The notes under the pieces are model-generated. The model saw nothing but the letters and a program-made list of their open reading frames with translations, did not search any database and was not told where the DNA came from. Below, piece by piece: positions 40,458-49,076 of a stretch of DNA of 64,000 bases. The translations under genes were made by a program, and so were the position numbers. Position 1 is the stretch's first letter, and every line of letters starts with the position of its first letter. The stretch is from Mycobacterium sp. (GTDB lineage Bacteria > Actinomycetota > Actinomycetes > Mycobacteriales > Mycobacteriaceae): NCBI RefSeq assembly GCF_035506235.1, contig NZ_DATJPU010000216.1:1974-65973 (forward strand), given 5' to 3'.

Positions 40458-41623
40458 GCTCCTCGCTGCCCGGCAGCTGCGCCATCGTCGGGATCGGCCA
40501 GACCGAGTTCTCCAAGGAGTCCGGGCGTAGCGAGCTCCAATTGGCTTGTGAGGCAGTCAGTGCCGCGCTAGACGATGCCGGCCTGGCACCCGGTGACGTC
40601 GAGGGCATGGTCACCTTCACCATGGACGCCAGCGACGAGATCGACGTGGCGCGCAGCGTCGGCATCGGCGACCTGAGCTTCTTCTCCCGGGTGCCGCACG
40701 GCGGTGGTGCGGCGGCCGGCACGGTGGTGCACGCGGCGATGGCCGTCGCGACCGGCGTTGCCGATGTGGTGGTGTGCTACCGCGCGTTCAATGAGCGGTC
40801 CGGCATGCGGTTCGGCGGCAGCGGACGCACCAGCGCCGAGACCCCGCTGTTCATGGCGCATTACGCGCCGTTCGGGCTGCTCACCCCCGCGGCCTGGGTC
40901 GCGCTGCACGCCCAGCGCTACATGTCGACCTACGGGGTGACCAACGAGGACTTCGGCCGCATCGCCGTCGTCGACCGGGCGCACGCGGCGAACAATCCCG
41001 ACGCCTGGTTCTACCGGCGCCCGATCACGCTGGAGGACCACCAGAATTCGCGCTGGATCATCGAACCCGTGCTGCGCCTGCTGGATTGCTGCCAGGAGAG
41101 CGACGGCGGGGTCGCTCTGGTGGTGACCAGCGCCGAACGCGCCCGGGATCTTCGGCAGCCGCCGGCGGTGATCACCGCGGCCGCCCAGGGCGCGGCCCGC
41201 GAGGGCGAGATGATGACCAGCTACTACCGCGAGGACATCACCGGTCTCCCGGAGATGGGGGTAGTCGCCAACCAGCTGTGGCGCGATTCGGGCCTCAAGC
41301 CCCAAGACATCCAAACCGCCTTCATCTACGACCATTTCACGCCGTTCGTGTTCACGCAGCTCGAGGAGCTCGGCTTCTGCGGGCGCGGTGAGGCCAAGGA
41401 CTTCGCCACCGTCGAGCGGCTGTCGCTCGGCGGGGAATTTCCGATCAACACCAACGGCGGGCTGCTCGGCGAGGCGTACATCCACGGCATGAACGGCATC
41501 ACCGAGGGCGTGCGGCAGGTGCGCGGGACCTCCCCCAACCAGGTCGAGGGCGTCGAGCACGTGCTCGTCACGTCGGGAACCGGCGTGCCCACCAGCGGAC
41601 TTATCCTCGCGCCAGCGGACTGA
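40454..41623 (+). CDS. ltp2: Thiolase-fold aldolase (Ltp2-like)
   Basis: GIGQTEFSKESGRSE, YDHF motif, NTNGGLLGEAYIHG. Confidence 0.88.
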   Translation: MSSSLPGSCAIVGIGQTEFSKESGRSELQLACEAVSAALDDAGLAPGDVEGMVTFTMDASDEIDVARSVGIGDLSFFSRVPHGGGAAAGTVVHAAMAVATGVADVVVCYRAFNERSGMRFGGSGRTSAETPLFMAHYAPFGLLTPAAWVALHAQRYMSTYGVTNEDFGRIAVVDRAHAANNPDAWFYRRPITLEDHQNSRWIIEPVLRLLDCCQESDGGVALVVTSAERARDLRQPPAVITAAAQGAAREGEMMTSYYREDITGLPEMGVVANQLWRDSGLKPQDIQTAFIYDHFTPFVFTQLEELGFCGRGEAKDFATVERLSLGGEFPINTNGGLLGEAYIHGMNGITEGVRQVRGTSPNQVEGVEHVLVTSGTGVPTSGLILAPAD

Positions 41624-41632
41624 GGGGGACCC

Positions 41633-42703
41633 ATGCCCAAGCTCGCGGTGTTGACCGCGCCCGGGGGGCCGATCGAGCTGGCCGAATTCCCGCTCACCGC
41701 GCCCGCGCCGGGAACCGCGGCGCTCAAGCTGCGGATGGCCGGGATCTGCGGATCCGACCTGCACATCTTTCGCGGCGAGCTGCCATTGCCGTGCCCCTTC
41801 GCCCTGGGCCACGAAATGGTCGGCGAGATAGCCGAACTCGGCGAGGGGCTGACCACCGACGCGACCGGCAAGCCGCTCGCCGCCGGCGATCGCGTCGTCA
41901 CCCCGTACTTCTGGACCTGCGGGCAGTGCCACGCCTGCGCGCGGGGCCGCTCCCACGCGTGCCAGAACCTGATGGCCGGCGAATACCGGACCCACGAGCA
42001 GGAGCCGCACTTCGTCGCCGCGCACGGCGAGTACTACTACACCAGCCGGCGGCAGCCGTTGTACAAGGTGCCCGAGGACCTCCCCGACGAAGCCGTCGCC
42101 CCGCTGAATTGCGCCTTGGCCCAGGTCTTGTTCGCGCTGCGTGATGTGCGCCTGGGCGACACGGTCGTCATCCAGGGCGCGGGTGGGCTGGGCATCAACG
42201 CCGCCGCCGTGGCGCGCACCGCGGGTGCGGCTGAAGTCATCGTCATCGACAAGATCGCTGAAAGGCTCGATGTCGCGTCCGATCTCGGCGCCACCGTCTG
42301 CATCGACGCCAGCGGCATCTCCACTTTCGAGGTGACGGAGCGGGTCCGCCGGCACACCGACGGCATCGGCGCCGACTGGGCGCTCGAGGTCGTCGGGGTG
42401 CCGGGCGTCATCCCCGACGGTGTCGGCTTTCTCAACAACGGTGGCACGCTGCTCGAGGTCGGCAATATCGGGATGGGGCGCACGTTCGAGCTCGACCCGA
42501 GCGTCCTGGTCTACGGCAACAAGTCCGTGCGCGGCGTCATGCTCTACGACCCGGCCACGCTGGCGGTCGGCCTGTCCTTTTTGCAGCACACCGACTTTCC
42601 GTTCGGCCGGCTGATGCCCAGGCCGTTACATCTCGCCGACGTCAATGCCGCCTACGCCGCAGCCGACGCCGGGCTGGTGCCCAGGGGGGCGCTGGTGCCG
42701 TGA
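41633..42703 (+). CDS. Zn-dependent alcohol dehydrogenase (MDR)
   Basis: GICGSDLH, GHE, CGQCHACARG..AC, QGAGGLG. Confidence 0.93.
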   Translation: MPKLAVLTAPGGPIELAEFPLTAPAPGTAALKLRMAGICGSDLHIFRGELPLPCPFALGHEMVGEIAELGEGLTTDATGKPLAAGDRVVTPYFWTCGQCHACARGRSHACQNLMAGEYRTHEQEPHFVAAHGEYYYTSRRQPLYKVPEDLPDEAVAPLNCALAQVLFALRDVRLGDTVVIQGAGGLGINAAAVARTAGAAEVIVIDKIAERLDVASDLGATVCIDASGISTFEVTERVRRHTDGIGADWALEVVGVPGVIPDGVGFLNNGGTLLEVGNIGMGRTFELDPSVLVYGNKSVRGVMLYDPATLAVGLSFLQHTDFPFGRLMPRPLHLADVNAAYAAADAGLVPRGALVP

Positions 42704-43320
42704 CTCAGGCCTCGGCTTTCACCCCGGCGACCGACACCCGCGAGCTCATCGTGGAGTCCGCGTATGCCTGCTTCCGCAGACAGGGGCTGCAGAAGGCGAC
42801 GATCGTCGACATCGCCCGGACGGCCGGCGTTTCGCGCAGCACCGTCTACGAGTACTTCAGCGACAAGGCCGCCATCATCGAGGCGTGCGCCGAACACGCC
42901 TCCGAGCGGTTCTACCGCGAGATGTCCAAGGCGATGGACCAGGGCAGCTCGCTGGAGGACAAGCTGAGCCGCGCTGCGGTGTTCGTGACCCAGGCGCGGC
43001 GGGTCATCGCCTCCGAGAAGTACTTTGATGAGGACGCGATCAGCCTGCTGCTGACCAAGGACGCCGCGGTGCTGCTGCGCGAGTGCGTCGATTTCTTCGC
43101 GCCCTACCTTTCCGCCGCCAGGCTCACCGGCGAGGTCCGCAAGGACCTCGACGTCGAGGCCGCCGGAGAATGGTTTGCGCGCATACTCTTTTCGCTCTTC
43201 AGCACGCCGTCGTCGACGCTGGACATGGACGACCCCGAGGTGGCGGCGGAATTCGTGCGCGCTCACGTGGTCCGCGGATTCGCCCGGGACCGCCCCAGAA
43301 ATAGGCGCGCAGCAGGCTAG
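42700..43320 (+). CDS. TetR-family regulator
   Basis: TIVDIARTAGVSRSTVYEYF. Confidence 0.92.
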   Translation: MTQASAFTPATDTRELIVESAYACFRRQGLQKATIVDIARTAGVSRSTVYEYFSDKAAIIEACAEHASERFYREMSKAMDQGSSLEDKLSRAAVFVTQARRVIASEKYFDEDAISLLLTKDAAVLLRECVDFFAPYLSAARLTGEVRKDLDVEAAGEWFARILFSLFSTPSSTLDMDDPEVAAEFVRAHVVRGFARDRPRNRRAAG

Positions 43321-43331
43321 GCAACTCTTGG

Positions 43332-44534
43332 TCAGGCCGGGTCGAAGTAGACCGGAAGCGAGTCGGGGCCGCGCAGCGTCGTCACCGTCTGACTGGTGAT
43401 CCGCGCGCCTTCCGCCGCCCCCGCGGCCAGGCGCAGGTTCGGGAGCCTGTCCAGTAGGGCACGCAGCGCCGTGACGAGTTCGGTAAATGCCAGCCAGTTT
43501 CCAATGCAGCTGTGTGGGCCCTGGCCGAACGCGACGAGCGGCGTCGCGCGCCGGGTGATGTCGAATGTGTGCGGGTCCGGGTAGACGGCCGGATCCCGGT
43601 TGGCGGCGTTGATCGCGAAGATCATCGGCGTCCGGGCCGGGATGTTGATGCCGCGCCAGGCGACCGCCTGCGGGCAAACCCGGGGCAGCAGACCCACCGG
43701 CGGCTCCCAGCGCAGCGCCTCCCATATCGCCCACGGCAGGTGTTCGTCGACGTCGGAGCGCAACAGCGCCAGCTGCCCCGGGTGGGTGAGCAGCGCGGCC
43801 AGCACGTTGCCCATCGCCAGCATCGTGGTGTCGGCCCCCACCGGGTACAGCAGCCGCACGAACGACAACACCTGCTCGTCACCGAGTCGCTCGCCGTCGT
43901 CGGTGGTTTCCGTGACGATGCGCGAAATCATGTCGTCGCCGGGCTCGCGCCGGCGCGCCGCGATGATCGGCAACACGTACTCCGAAAGCTCCCGGGCGCA
44001 CCGTGTGGCCTCCGCCGGATCGATGGCGTAGTGCAACAGGCCCTGAGCCCACCCGTAGACCGTGTCTTCGTCCTTGATGGGAATCCCGAGCATCCGGTTG
44101 TTGATCAGCAGCGAGAACCGTTGGGTGAACTCGGAAACCAGGTCCGCCCGGCCCCGAGACGCAAACCGGTCGATCAACTCGTCGATGACCGGCGCGATGA
44201 TCGGCTCGGCGTAGCGGTCTACGAAGCTACGGCGCAGCGGGGTCGACACGATCGCGCGGTTGACGCGGTGTTCCCTGCCGGTCATGCACTGAATGGTGTG
44301 TCCCCACACCGGTTTCGTGGTCAACGAATACGCGGCCCACGACGGGAAAGTCTCCTCGTCGCGGAATCCGGCAGCCACCAGCTCCTGGGTCAACAGCAGG
44401 ACCGCTTTGGCGCCCGCGAACGGCACGATCGCATGATCACGACGCCGCCGCAGGCCCGCCAGCACCTCGTGCAGATCGGGCTGGTCGTCCAGCGCGAAAT
44501 CGATGCCCTCGATGTCGGCCCGGGGCAATGCCAT
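43332..44534 (-). CDS. Cytochrome P450 (divergent family)
   Basis: VGADTT I-helix, EALRWEPP, FGQGPHSCIG. Confidence 0.92.
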   Translation of the reverse strand: MALPRADIEGIDFALDDQPDLHEVLAGLRRRRDHAIVPFAGAKAVLLLTQELVAAGFRDEETFPSWAAYSLTTKPVWGHTIQCMTGREHRVNRAIVSTPLRRSFVDRYAEPIIAPVIDELIDRFASRGRADLVSEFTQRFSLLINNRMLGIPIKDEDTVYGWAQGLLHYAIDPAEATRCARELSEYVLPIIAARRREPGDDMISRIVTETTDDGERLGDEQVLSFVRLLYPVGADTTMLAMGNVLAALLTHPGQLALLRSDVDEHLPWAIWEALRWEPPVGLLPRVCPQAVAWRGINIPARTPMIFAINAANRDPAVYPDPHTFDITRRATPLVAFGQGPHSCIGNWLAFTELVTALRALLDRLPNLRLAAGAAEGARITSQTVTTLRGPDSLPVYFDPA

Positions 44535-44554
44535 TGGGTTCACTTCAGTCCTCG

Positions 44555-44592
44555 ATGCGATTATTCGTATAGCATAGTGCGATTATCCGCCT
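44555..44592. promoter_or_regulatory. Tandem candidate IclR operators in the P450/IclR divergent spacer
   Basis: ATGCG-ATTATT-CGTAT and GTGCG-ATTATC-CGCCT, 22-bp period, similar to GTNCG-N5/6-CGNAC IclR/PcaU-type sites. Confidence 0.55.
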
Positions 44593-44617
44593 AGGCAGTT
44601 CACTGTACGGAGAGGCC

Positions 44618-45508
44618 ATGCAGACTGGCAAGCCCCGCGCCGGGTCGCCGTCCCCGCCGACGCTGCGGGTGATCTCGGTCGTCGAGTTCCTGACCCTCCG
44701 CGAGCGGCCGCAGTCCTCGGCGCAGATCGCCGACGGCCTCGGCCTCAGCAGATCGACCGTGGGCGCCATTCTCGCCGCGCTCGATGACCAGGGCTGGGTC
44801 ACTCGTCTACCCGATCTGACCTACCGCCTGGGTCCGGGCCTGATCGCGATCAGCGAGCGGGCCCGGCCCGCTCTGCCTCGCCCCAACGTGGTGGACGCCG
44901 AGCTCGAACGCCTCGCCGACAGCGTCGGCTGCGCGGTCGGCCTGAGTACGGTCCATCGCCGACAGTTGATCATCGTCGCGGTCACCGCGCTTCGCGGCCA
45001 CGTTCCCGCCGGCATCTCCTCCGGTACGCGGCTGCCGCTGGCGCCGCCGGCCGGCGCGTCGATCATCGCCCACGCCGACAAGACCGCGCAGCGCGACTGG
45101 CTCGGGCGCGGAAAACCCAAGGAAATCAAACGGTTACGGCGCACGCTCGAGGTGATCCGGGAAACCGGAATCGGTGTATGGGGTGCCGGAGCCGCCGTCG
45201 AAACGGTCGATGTAATCGCCGACGTTGTGAGCTTCCTGTCGGAGGACCCCAGCAGCGCGCAACTGCGCAACCGGGTCGTAGCACTGCTGGGTAGCCTCAA
45301 CGGCACCGCGTATGAACCCGAGCAGCTGGCCATCGATGATGAATTGCCGGTCAGCGTGCTGACCGCGCCCGTCTTCGACAGCGACGGCACCGCGCGATGG
45401 GAATTGCAGATCGGACCGTTCCGGCCGGCGGTTTCACGGCCGCAGCGGCAGCGCTACATCGACGAATTGCGTCATACCGCAGACCGGCTCAACGGGGCCC
45501 GACCCTAG
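44618..45508 (+). CDS. IclR-family regulator
   Basis: HTH LGLSRSTVGAIL, YRLGP, APVFD effector domain. Confidence 0.9.
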   Translation: MQTGKPRAGSPSPPTLRVISVVEFLTLRERPQSSAQIADGLGLSRSTVGAILAALDDQGWVTRLPDLTYRLGPGLIAISERARPALPRPNVVDAELERLADSVGCAVGLSTVHRRQLIIVAVTALRGHVPAGISSGTRLPLAPPAGASIIAHADKTAQRDWLGRGKPKEIKRLRRTLEVIRETGIGVWGAGAAVETVDVIADVVSFLSEDPSSAQLRNRVVALLGSLNGTAYEPEQLAIDDELPVSVLTAPVFDSDGTARWELQIGPFRPAVSRPQRQRYIDELRHTADRLNGARP

Positions 45509-45557
45509 CCCGGCCCAGTCCGATCTCAGTGGCCGCACTGCGGAATACCGCTGGAAT

Positions 45558-46304
45558 TCATCGGCGTTGCTCGGGCCACACGGTATCGCCGGCGTGAACC
45601 GGTCTGCCATGGCCCGGCAGCAGGTGGGCGACCGGTAGTTCTTCAAGTTGCTTGCGGGTGACGGCGGCGCTGACCGCGTCGACGATTTCCGGTGTGTGCC
45701 ATACCTTGCCGCGAACTGTCAGCACGGCGTCACCCGACAGCAGCGTGCGCGTCGTCGGATTCCACAGCGCGATGCTGTCATCGGTGTGTCCGCTCGCATT
45801 GACCACGGCCCAATCCGGGGCGCCGGGCAGCGGCTGGCCATCGGCAAGGCCACCGCCAGGGGGTGGTCCGGTCCAGCGCATACCGGCCGGCGTGCCGTAT
45901 CCGGCCACCCGGGCACCGCTGAGGAGCCCGGTCACGCCGAGTCGATCCAGCGGCTGGTCGATCATGGTGGGCCAGATACGCGCGGCCCGGGCCGGGGTCG
46001 GGGTGCGCGGTTTCACCCCGTCGAGGTAGGTAAGTGTGTTCTCGGGCAACCAGATTGGCGCGCCGTGACGCATGGCCAACTCCGCCGCACCGGCGACGTG
46101 GTCGCTGTGTCCGTGGGTCGCCACCACGGCGTGCAGGGTTCCGCCGAGGCGATCCAGGACGGCTGAGAGATCGCTGGCGACCCGCGGCAATCCGGCGTCG
46201 ACCACCACCGCGCCGTCACCGCTTCGCAGGACGTAACAGTTGAAGATCCAGCGCGAAAGCCGGGTGATACCGAGGTCGGGCATCTCGTCGATAACCAGGC
46301 TCAT
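45558..46304 (-). CDS. Metallo-beta-lactamase-fold hydrolase
   Basis: VVDAG, THGHSDHVAG (HxHxDH), GHT, SGD, PGHG; start ATG 46304. Confidence 0.9.
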   Translation of the reverse strand: MSLVIDEMPDLGITRLSRWIFNCYVLRSGDGAVVVDAGLPRVASDLSAVLDRLGGTLHAVVATHGHSDHVAGAAELAMRHGAPIWLPENTLTYLDGVKPRTPTPARAARIWPTMIDQPLDRLGVTGLLSGARVAGYGTPAGMRWTGPPPGGGLADGQPLPGAPDWAVVNASGHTDDSIALWNPTTRTLLSGDAVLTVRGKVWHTPEIVDAVSAAVTRKQLEELPVAHLLPGHGRPVHAGDTVWPEQRR

Positions 46305-46335
46305 AGCCGAGACGCTACGCCCGCGACTCCGATCG

Positions 46336-46545
46336 CTAGCCCGCCGGTGGCACCGGGATCGGGAACTCCACGGGCGGCGACCACGGCTGGGGCTCAGGCG
46401 ACGGCGGCGGCGGCGGGCCCCATGGTTGCCCGGGCGCCGGAGGTGGTGGCGGGTCGGCGTGTGCCACGCCGACGCCGATACCGAGTGCAACCACCCCCAG
46501 CGCAGCGGCGACGGCGGATCCGGCCAACAGCTGCTTGACATGCAT
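46336..46545 (-). CDS. Small secreted proline-rich protein
   Basis: Signal peptide ending AHA-DP followed by Pro-rich PW repeats. Confidence 0.7.
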   Translation of the reverse strand: MHVKQLLAGSAVAAALGVVALGIGVGVAHADPPPPPAPGQPWGPPPPPSPEPQPWSPPVEFPIPVPPAG

Positions 46546-46691
46546 GGCGCGAATCTACTTGGCGCGCCGGGCCCGCGCGGTGTTCGCTTTCCACGGATCG
46601 CGGTACAGTGCTCCTGCCGGCTGGTCGAAGTCGGCGGGACGACGGCTCGGTCGGCATGGCTTATTGGCCATGACGCATCGAGGGGTGCCAG

Positions 46692-48077
46692 GCGTCCTTT
46701 CTCATCACAGCCCCGGAGACATTGACCGCGGTCGCAACGGATTTGGCGAGTATCGGTTCGGCACTCACCGCGGCCAACGCGTCGGCGGCGGCGCCGACGA
46801 TAGGCGTGGTGGCCGCGGGCGCCGATGAGGTGTCGGCGGCGATCGCGGCGGTGTTCGGCGGCCACGCCCAGGACTACCAGGCTCTCAGCGCCCAGGCCGC
46901 GTCATATCATGACCAGTTCGTGCAGGCGCTCAACGCGGGCGTGAACGCGTATGCGAGTACCGAGGCCGCGAGCGTTTCGCCCCTGCAGGAGGTGCTCGAC
47001 CAGATCAACGCGCCGACCTTGGCGGTATTGGGTCGCCCGTTGATCGGCAACGGCGCCAACGGCGCCCCGGGTACCGGGGCGAACGGCGGGGCCGGCGGAA
47101 TATTGTTCGGCAACGGCGGGGCGGGCGGGTCGGGCGGCATCGGCCAGAACGGCGGGTCCGGCGGAGCCGCCGGACTATTCGGCAACGGCGGTGCCGGCGG
47201 AGACGGTGGGATCTCAGCGGGCACGGCCGGCGCTGGCGGAGCCGGCGGGCACGGTGGCATCTTGGTCGGCAACGGGGGCAACGGTGGCACCGGCGGGTTC
47301 TCAGGGGGCAACACCGGGGGGACCGGCGGGGCCGGCGGCGCCTCCGGACTGTTCGGCTTCGCCGGGACCGGCGGCGCGGGTGGCCTGGGCGCTACCGGCG
47401 GTATCGGCGGGGCGGGCGGGGCCGCGGGATTGTTCGGCGCGGCGGGAGCCGGCGGCGTCGGCGGCAACGGCGGCCTCGGGGGCGCCGGCGGGGCCGGCGG
47501 GACGGCGGGATTGTTCGGCGCGGCGGGAGCCGGCGGAACCGGTGGCACGGGCGGCGTCTTCGGCGGTGGCGCCGGCGGCGCCGGCGGCAGCGGCGGCCTG
47601 TTCGCGTCGGGCGGCGCCGGCGGTGCGGGCGGTCTCAGCACCCAGGGTTCGAATGGCGTCGGCGGAGCCGGGGGCGCCGGCGGCAATGGCGGCATCATCT
47701 TCGGTTCCGGCGGTACCGGCGGCATTGGCGCCTACGGCGATCACGGCGGGGGTGCCGGCGGGGCGGGCGGCAATGCCGGCATGCTCGCCGGTTCCGGCGG
47801 CGCTGGCGGCACCGGCGGTGTCGGCCTTAACTTCGTCGGTGGAGCCGGCGGGGCCGGCGGCAAGGCGGGGCTGATCGGCAATGGTGGCGCCGGCGGCGCC
47901 GGCGGGATTTCCTTTCACGGGGTAGGCAGCCAGGGCGGACCGGGCGGCAATGCCGTGCTGATCGGTAGCGGCGGCAACGGCGGCAACAGCGGGCCGGGAA
48001 CTTCCAACGGCACGCCCGGCGCCGGCGGCACCGGCGGTCTGCTGCTCGGCCTCAACGGGATCGACGGGATGTCTTAG
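46692..48077 (+). CDS. PE_PGRS family protein; canonical start position reads GCG (possible pseudogene or N-truncated form from TTG 46722)
   Basis: In frame (A)[18 protein letters not shown]..., [22 protein letters not shown], then GGAGG/GNGG repeats. Confidence 0.85.
   Translation, partial: ASFLITAPETLTAVATDLASIGSALTAANASAAAPTIGVVAAGADEVSAAIAAVFGGHAQDYQALSAQAASYHDQFVQALNAGVNAYASTEAASVSPLQEVLDQINAPTLAVLGRPLIGNGANGAPGTGANGGAGGILFGNGGAGGSGGIGQNGGSGGAAGLFGNGGAGGDGGISAGTAGAGGAGGHGGILVGNGGNGGTGGFSGGNTGGTGGAGGASGLFGFAGTGGAGGLGATGGIGGAGGAAGLFGAAGAGGVGGNGGLGGAGGAGGTAGLFGAAGAGGTGGTGGVFGGGAGGAGGSGGLFASGGAGGAGGLSTQGSNGVGGAGGAGGNGGIIFGSGGTGGIGAYGDHGGGAGGAGGNAGMLAGSGGAGGTGGVGLNFVGGAGGAGGKAGLIGNGGAGGAGGISFHGVGSQGGPGGNAVLIGSGGNGGNSGPGTSNGTPGAGGTGGLLLGLNGIDGMS
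47424..47536 (+). repeat. Perfect 32-bp direct repeat (81-bp period) inside PGRS
   Basis: GCGGGATTGTTCGGCGCGGCGGGAGCCGGCGG at 47424-47455 and 47505-47536. Confidence 0.85.
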
Positions 48078-48113
48078 CCCGCGTGTGCAACGTGGGCTTC
48101 GAGCGTGCGGGGT

Positions 48114-49076
48114 TCACGCCCGGTGCGCCAGCGCCCGCAGGAAGAACTTCAGGTTGGCCGGTCGCTCGGCCAACCGCCGCACGAAGTACCCGTACCACTG
48201 GGTGCCGAACGGCACGTACACCCGCACGCGGTCGCCGGAGCCGGCGAGCCGGCGCTGCTCCCCCTCGCGGATGCCATAAAGCATCTGATATTCGAAATCG
48301 TCGACGCCGCGCCCCGATTCGCGGGCCATACCGGGAACCGCCTCGATCACCGCCGGATCGTGCGAGGCCACCATCGGATACCCGTTGCCCGCCATCAACA
48401 CTGCAAGGCATCGCAGGTACGAGTCGGTGACCTCGGTGTCGTCCCGGTAGGCCACGGACGCGGGTTCGTCGTAGGCGCCCTTGCACAACCGGATCCGCGC
48501 GCCGGACGCGGCGAATTCCTCGCAATCCCCGCGCGTGCGGCGCAGGTAGGCCTGGAGAACCGTTCCAAGCCATGGGAAGTCGGCCCGCAGGTCACGCACG
48601 ATCGACAGCGTCGAATCGGTGGTGGTGTGGTCCTCGGCGTCCACCGTCACCCACACACCGGCCCGACGCGCCGCGTCGCAGATCGCAAAGGCGTTCTCGC
48701 GGGCGATCTTCTCGCCGTCGCGGTCCAGCGCCCGCCCCAGCGCGGACAGCTTCAGCGACACTTCCAGCGGCCGAACCCCGTCGCCCTCGTCACGGAACTG
48801 GGCCAGCCTGCCGATCAGATCGACGTATACCCGCACGGCCGCGTCGGCGTCATCGGAGTCGGTGACGTCCTCGCCCAGGTAGTCAATGCTGACGAGGCGG
48901 CCCGAATCACGAAGCGCAGCAACGCTGCCCAGCGCGCAATCGATCGTCTCGCCAGGTACGAACCGCCCGACCACCGTGCGCGTGACCGGCATCCGCTCGG
49001 CCGTGCGGCGCAATCCCTCCCACCGGCCGGCCGCCAGGATCGCCGGGCGCACGGTGTGGGCGAACAATCCGGCCAT
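48114..49076 (-). CDS. pruB: Proline dehydrogenase
   Basis: RFVPGE, VTVDAE, RLCKGAY, VASHD, YQMLYG, VYVPFG; start ATG 49076. Confidence 0.95.
   Translation of the reverse strand: MAGLFAHTVRPAILAAGRWEGLRRTAERMPVTRTVVGRFVPGETIDCALGSVAALRDSGRLVSIDYLGEDVTDSDDADAAVRVYVDLIGRLAQFRDEGDGVRPLEVSLKLSALGRALDRDGEKIARENAFAICDAARRAGVWVTVDAEDHTTTDSTLSIVRDLRADFPWLGTVLQAYLRRTRGDCEEFAASGARIRLCKGAYDEPASVAYRDDTEVTDSYLRCLAVLMAGNGYPMVASHDPAVIEAVPGMARESGRGVDDFEYQMLYGIREGEQRRLAGSGDRVRVYVPFGTQWYGYFVRRLAERPANLKFFLRALAHRA

Noticed and set aside
46907-47725. 272-aa Pro-rich minus-strand ORF
   Set aside because: Antisense shadow of the PGRS Gly codons.
31560-48113. Integrase, tRNA or att direct repeats bounding the catabolic island
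   Set aside because: None seen by eye, so the region is treated as an accessory block, not a proven mobile island.
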